Shown: in pieces, positions 59,561 to 64,000 of the stretch | How the letters are laid out: each line of letters begins with the position of its first letter | Numbering within the stretch: position 1 is the first letter of the stretch | Source: Spirochaetia bacterium | GTDB lineage: Bacteria > Spirochaetota > Spirochaetia > CADAEX01 | Length of the DNA: 64,000 nucleotides | Assembly (NCBI GenBank): GCA_963662795.1 | Contig: OY759746.1 | Span: 1 to 64,000, forward strand | Direction of reading: 5' to 3' | Notes under the pieces: model-generated | What the model saw: only the letters and a program-made list of their open reading frames with translations | What the model was told of the DNA's origin: nothing | Databases searched by the model: none | Made by a program: the position numbers and the translations under genes

Positions 59561-60442
59561 ATTAAAAACAAACTGAAAGGAACATTATCTGTCCTTGCCG
59601 GCGCATTCCTCTGGGGGACAACCGGAACATCGCAGGCGCTGCTCCCGGGAAACGCGGAACCTGCTTCGGTTGGAGCTGTAAGGCTTCTAACTGCCTCTTT
59701 CTTTATGCTGCTCTTTATGATAATTCTCAAAAAAAAGATTATCCCTGCGCTTCTCAAAAAAAAAGAGATTTATTTTTCTGCCATTGCTTTGACTGCATAC
59801 CAGCTCTTTTTTTTCTCCGGAGTAAAAATGACAGGAATCGCTGTAGGCACAATTACAATGCTTGGAAGCTCAACTGTATTCGCAGGAATTCTTGCCGCTC
59901 TCCTTATCAGGGAAAAACCTGAAAAAAGATGGTACCCGGCATCATTTCTTGCGATACTGGGATGCTTTATTCTGATCAGGGGAGGGGGAATTACTGTTAA
60001 CCCGAAAGGGATATTCTTTGCCCTGTGTTCAGGCCTTTCCTACAGCATGTTCTCGGTTCTGGTTAAGAAAATAATAACTCAATATCATCCATTTATGGTT
60101 ACGGCAGCTGTTTTTCTTTTCAGCGCTTTTCTTGCTCTGCCGGTTTTGTTTATCTATCCTCCGGTCTGGATTTTAAGCGCAAGAGGCGCAGCTGTTGCAG
60201 GATGGCTCGGTTTTTTTGGAACCGCACTTGCCTATATTCTCTACACCGGCGGGCTTAAAGAGATTAATGCATCATCTGCTGTAACACTTGCCCTTGCAGA
60301 GCCGGCCGCTGCCTCGCTTCTTGGTATATTCCTGATCGGAGAAAAGCTTACCTTTAATTCCTTTATGGGAGTTCTAATAATATTAGCCGGCCTTGCGTAT
60401 CTTTCGTTTCCCGGCAGAAGACGTCCTGATACCTATCTGTAA
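59561..60442 (+). CDS. EamA/DMT transporter (probable ATT start)
   Basis: The frame extends 48 codons upstream of the track ATG and includes the conserved LWGTTGTSQA and VGAVR. SD GAGGA lies 7 nt before ATT 59561. Confidence 0.8.
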   Translation: MKNKLKGTLSVLAGAFLWGTTGTSQALLPGNAEPASVGAVRLLTASFFMLLFMIILKKKIIPALLKKKEIYFSAIALTAYQLFFFSGVKMTGIAVGTITMLGSSTVFAGILAALLIREKPEKRWYPASFLAILGCFILIRGGGITVNPKGIFFALCSGLSYSMFSVLVKKIITQYHPFMVTAAVFLFSAFLALPVLFIYPPVWILSARGAAVAGWLGFFGTALAYILYTGGLKEINASSAVTLALAEPAAASLLGIFLIGEKLTFNSFMGVLIILAGLAYLSFPGRRRPDTYL

Positions 60443-61872
60443 CTTACAAGCAGTTCCCTTAAAAATGCAAAAACTTTTCCGACAGACGAAACCTTAAGCC
60501 GTTCATCAGGTGAGTGGGGGTTTTCAATATCAGGGCCCATGGAAAGGGTATCCATCCCCTTGCAAAGGTTTCCTATGATGCCGCATTCAAGTCCGCCGTG
60601 CGTTATTTCTACTTTTGCAGCTTCACCGTAGATCTTTTTCCAGAGTTCCGTGCTTCTTTTTAACAGAGGGCTGTTCCAGTCAGGCTGCCATGGCTCGGTA
60701 AAGACATCCAGTTTATATTCAGCTCCTGTAAGCACTGCGATGTCCTCAATCCTCCCAGTCAGTTCAATCAGCCGTGACCTGACAGAACTTCTCTGCATTG
60801 ATGTAATCCTTACACCATCTGCTGTCATTTTTATCATCGCGAAATTAAGTGATGTTTCAACCTGATCAGGCAGGGCAGCGTTCATATTCTTGATGCCGTT
60901 GGGCATAATTCTGAGAGAATTTATAATCTGCCGGGTCGCAGCAGGAGTAAATGTCTCGGCAGGTAACACTCTGTCTTCGCAGCTTAAAAATGCGTTTTCC
61001 TCCACAACACTGTTCTCGGAAATTACAATACCTGTAAAATCCTTCCACCATCCTTTAACCTTTTCGGAAGCTTTTGTGTCAAAGACAATCACAGCTTCAG
61101 CCGAACGCGGTATGGCGTTCATGGCAGATCCGCCGTCAATGGAAGCAAGAGTGAACGGGACCTCTCTGGAAAGACCTGAAAGTCCGCGGACAAGCTCAAA
61201 ACAGGCATTTGCTCTTGATTTTGCCGCATCTCCTGCCGAATGCCCCCCTTTGAATCCGCCGATTTTAAGCAGACATGCTGATGATCCTGAAGGGACAGCT
61301 TCTTTTTGCAGGGAAAAATCGAGATGTGTTCTGGTAGAGCCTGCGCATCCTGCGGTAAATACTCCTGCCTCTTCTGAGTCCAGGTTGAGAAGGATCTTTC
61401 CTTTTATAAAATCGGGTTTGAGCCTGTCTGCTCCCCCCATCCCTATCTCCTCATCAGTTGTAAAGAGAAGTTCAAGCGGAGGATGCTTTATTTCAGGGTC
61501 AGCAGCAATCACCATTGCCATGGCAAGGGCTATTCCGTTGTCTGCACCGAGACTCGTTTCTTTTGCCATGAGCCAGTCCCCTTCCCTTACAGAAACAACA
61601 GGATCTTTTGCGAAATCATGATCAGATTCCGGAATTTTCTCGCAGACCATATCCATGTGACCCTGCAGTATTACTATGGGAGAATTTTCAAATCCTTCAG
61701 CAGCCGGTACAGATATATTCAGGTTTAAAGCTTCATCAGCCATATATGAAAAATTGTTTTCTTCAGCCCATTTCTTAAAATAATTATGTATAGGCTCCAT
61801 GTTTTCAGACTTGCGCGGTATTTTATTTATATCATCAAGTAATTTTAGAATTTTTTCTGTTTTATCGTTCAT
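60433..61872 (-). CDS. pepD: Aminoacyl-histidine dipeptidase (M20C)
   Basis: LQGHMDMV, LGADNGI, DEEIG, NLDSE, HGGLECG and HSPDE. Confidence 0.93.
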   Translation of the reverse strand: MNDKTEKILKLLDDINKIPRKSENMEPIHNYFKKWAEENNFSYMADEALNLNISVPAAEGFENSPIVILQGHMDMVCEKIPESDHDFAKDPVVSVREGDWLMAKETSLGADNGIALAMAMVIAADPEIKHPPLELLFTTDEEIGMGGADRLKPDFIKGKILLNLDSEEAGVFTAGCAGSTRTHLDFSLQKEAVPSGSSACLLKIGGFKGGHSAGDAAKSRANACFELVRGLSGLSREVPFTLASIDGGSAMNAIPRSAEAVIVFDTKASEKVKGWWKDFTGIVISENSVVEENAFLSCEDRVLPAETFTPAATRQIINSLRIMPNGIKNMNAALPDQVETSLNFAMIKMTADGVRITSMQRSSVRSRLIELTGRIEDIAVLTGAEYKLDVFTEPWQPDWNSPLLKRSTELWKKIYGEAAKVEITHGGLECGIIGNLCKGMDTLSMGPDIENPHSPDERLKVSSVGKVFAFLRELLVSYR

Positions 61873-61981
61873 GACATCTCCTGAAATATTTCATTTATAA
61901 AAATTAATATATTTGCTATACTTTATTTATATAACTTTTTTTACAATTAAGAAATATATTTAATATAAAGAGGCAGGTAAA

Positions 61982-63469
61982 ATGGAAAATCAACCTATTG
62001 ATAATTCAGTTATTGATGATATTTTAAATAATTCACATAAAGCTTTTTTAAAGTATAAAAAAATATCAGGTAAAAAAAGAGCCGTTTTTCTGCGGACAAT
62101 TGCTGCTGAACTTGAGGCGGTAAATGATGAACTTATTCAATCCGCCATGAGGGAGAGCAATCTCCCTGAAGGCAGACTCTCAGGTGAAATCAAACGAACT
62201 ACTGATCAGATCAGGATGTTTGCCGGCCTGCTTGAAGATGGATCCTGGGTAGAAGCCAGGATTGATACAGCTATCCCTGAAAGAAAACCGGTGCCTAAAG
62301 TTGACCTCAGGAAAATGCTGATTCCTCTCGGTCCGATAGCGATATTCGGAGCCGCTAACTTTCCGATAGCTTTTTCAGCGGCAGGAGGAGATACGATATC
62401 CGCCCTCGCGGCAGGATGCTCAGTTATTGTAAAAGCGCATCCTGCCCACCCGGAAACATCAGCTCTCGCCGCAGAAGCAATAAAACGGGCCGCGGAAAAA
62501 TGCGGCATGCCGGATGGGGTATATCAACATATCGATTTCAAAGGGCAGGAGGGCATCAAGGCAGGACAGACTCTGATAACACACCCGCTGCTAAAGGGGG
62601 CAGGTTTTACCGGGTCGCTTGCAGGCGGCAGGGCGTTGTTTGATCTTGCAAACAGCAGACCCGACCCCATACCCTTTTTTGCCGAAATGAGCAGCATCAA
62701 CCCAGTAATACTCCTGCCGGAAACGTTATCCCGTGACGCAGAAAAAAGCGCACAAGAACTTGCTTCATCAATTTCACTGGGAGCAGGTCAGTTCTGTACA
62801 AACCCGGGCCTCATAATTGCTGTTGAAGGGGAGCCTCTTGAACGTTTTATAAAGGCCCTGGACAAAGAGATGCAAAAAAGCATACCGCAGAAAATGCTGA
62901 ACCAGGGAATCGCGGACAACTACTATAAAAAACTGAGCCACTCACTTATGCAGAAAGGGGTTAAGACTGAATGCCGGGCTCACGCCGATGAATCAGAAGA
63001 GAGGGGTAAACCGCTTGTTGCGTCCGCGCATGCCGAAACTTTTATCAGCAATACCGAACTTGCCCATGAAGTGTTCGGTCCTTACTCTTTGATTATAAGA
63101 TGCCGTGATATTGACGAACTTTACTCCGTTGTAGTGAGCCTTCAGGGACAGCTGACAATTACGCTGACAGGAGACGAAGAAGAGCTGATCAGAAATAAAA
63201 ATCTTGTTGACATTATAGCTGAAAAAGCAGGGAGGCTTATTGTCAACGGTGTCCCTACTGGTGTGGAAGTCTGCCCTTCCATGCAGCACGGCGGCCCCTA
63301 TCCAGCATCAACCGATTCAAGATTCACTGCAGTAGGAACAGACGCGATAAAAAGATTCTCCCGGCCTGCCGCTTTTCAGAATTTCCCGGAATCACTTCTG
63401 CCGGATGAACTTAAAGAAAGCAATCCTCTCTCTATCTGGAGGCTTGTAAACGGTGGATGGAAAAAATAG
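61982..63469 (+). CDS. Aldehyde dehydrogenase (NADP+), 2,5-dioxovalerate/KGSA dehydrogenase-like
   Basis: FGAANFP, FTGS, EMSSINP, GQFCTNPG and HGGPYPA. Confidence 0.9.
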   Translation: MENQPIDNSVIDDILNNSHKAFLKYKKISGKKRAVFLRTIAAELEAVNDELIQSAMRESNLPEGRLSGEIKRTTDQIRMFAGLLEDGSWVEARIDTAIPERKPVPKVDLRKMLIPLGPIAIFGAANFPIAFSAAGGDTISALAAGCSVIVKAHPAHPETSALAAEAIKRAAEKCGMPDGVYQHIDFKGQEGIKAGQTLITHPLLKGAGFTGSLAGGRALFDLANSRPDPIPFFAEMSSINPVILLPETLSRDAEKSAQELASSISLGAGQFCTNPGLIIAVEGEPLERFIKALDKEMQKSIPQKMLNQGIADNYYKKLSHSLMQKGVKTECRAHADESEERGKPLVASAHAETFISNTELAHEVFGPYSLIIRCRDIDELYSVVVSLQGQLTITLTGDEEELIRNKNLVDIIAEKAGRLIVNGVPTGVEVCPSMQHGGPYPASTDSRFTAVGTDAIKRFSRPAAFQNFPESLLPDELKESNPLSIWRLVNGGWKK

Positions 63470-63531
63470 GGTAAGATACTAGATACTTTTAACTGAGGCA
63501 TTTTGAGCTGCTGTAGTGCAATTACCGCAGC

Positions 63532-64000
63532 CTAAAAATCATGGCGGCTGTATACAGGAGAAAGCATTGTTTTTATGATTTTTGCTCCGCAGTATTTTTC
63601 AAGCATCAGTGCAACCTCATCCCTGGCTTTTTCCGCCCTTTCTTCACTCCCCTCGCCTACCGCGTCAATATTCATGATAATATTCCCGGTATTTTCAGTT
63701 ATTTTTGTTTTATCGCCGTTTCTCCAGTTCCATCTTCTGCACATGACATCCTTTGTTTCATCTATAAGGTAAATAATTTCACCTTTCTCCGGTGTCTCCG
63801 TTTTATCCGGTGTGCCGAGAGGAATAAAAGTTTCATTTCCGTCTGAATATGTGAGCATATAGGTTGATTCCGGCGCGGTTATATCGTCACCTCCGACAGG
63901 AAGAACATGCTCTATCGATACAGTATTCATCACTGCAACAACACTGTTGATAAAAGGTATCTCTGTCTGCTGTTTCTGGATCCTTTTAAGAAGGGCTATA
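63532..64000 (-). CDS. B3/B4-domain (PheRS-beta-like editing) protein, 5' end outside the window
   Basis: ALLKRI...PFINSVVAVMN.VS...LPVGGDD and CRRWNWR. Confidence 0.88.
   Translation of the reverse strand, partial: IALLKRIQKQQTEIPFINSVVAVMNTVSIEHVLPVGGDDITAPESTYMLTYSDGNETFIPLGTPDKTETPEKGEIIYLIDETKDVMCRRWNWRNGDKTKITENTGNIIMNIDAVGEGSEERAEKARDEVALMLEKYCGAKIIKTMLSPVYSRHDF

Noticed and set aside
60890-61621. 243-aa plus-strand ORF and many similar short overlapping ORFs across the window
   Set aside because: They are antisense or off-frame shadows of well-supported genes (here pepD), with no motifs or SD.
1-64000. CRISPR array, IS/transposase, integrase, intein or rRNA
   Set aside because: I saw no regularly spaced repeats or corresponding motifs by eye. 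Very degenerate elements could have been missed.

Overview
Bacterial chromosomal window, almost certainly from an anaerobic free-living spirochaete. This rests on the rpsB-tsf-frr-uppS-cdsA-dxr-rseP order without pyrH, the acidic extensions on S2 and S18, an M16C PreP-like peptidase, EpmA and PFOR. From left to right it contains: (1) a cobalamin uptake locus (riboswitch-btuB-tonB plus a split ABC transporter); (2) an accessory stretch (~7.9-16.45 kb) that becomes very AT-rich and holds many decayed genes, ending at the 3' end of tRNA-Arg(CCG); (3) core translation, envelope and replication operons; (4) a LuxR-Rnk-hypothetical module; (5) ettA, PreP, tex and epmA; (6) a divergent GH13_18 phosphorylase / GT-B glycosyltransferase pair, probably for compatible-solute metabolism; (7) a TAXI-TRAP transporter, PFOR, a PAS hybrid kinase, a B12-binding radical SAM enzyme and small metabolic genes. 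I saw no CRISPR array, integrase or intact IS. The best leads are an orphan ~90-nt sRNA candidate with an anti-SD seed, the LuxR-Rnk-unknown module, a paralogous PDDHSHDF protein pair in the tRNA island, genes with non-canonical ATT/ATA starts, and a long nested hairpin in the tex leader. All family calls come from motif recognition by eye, not from database searches.
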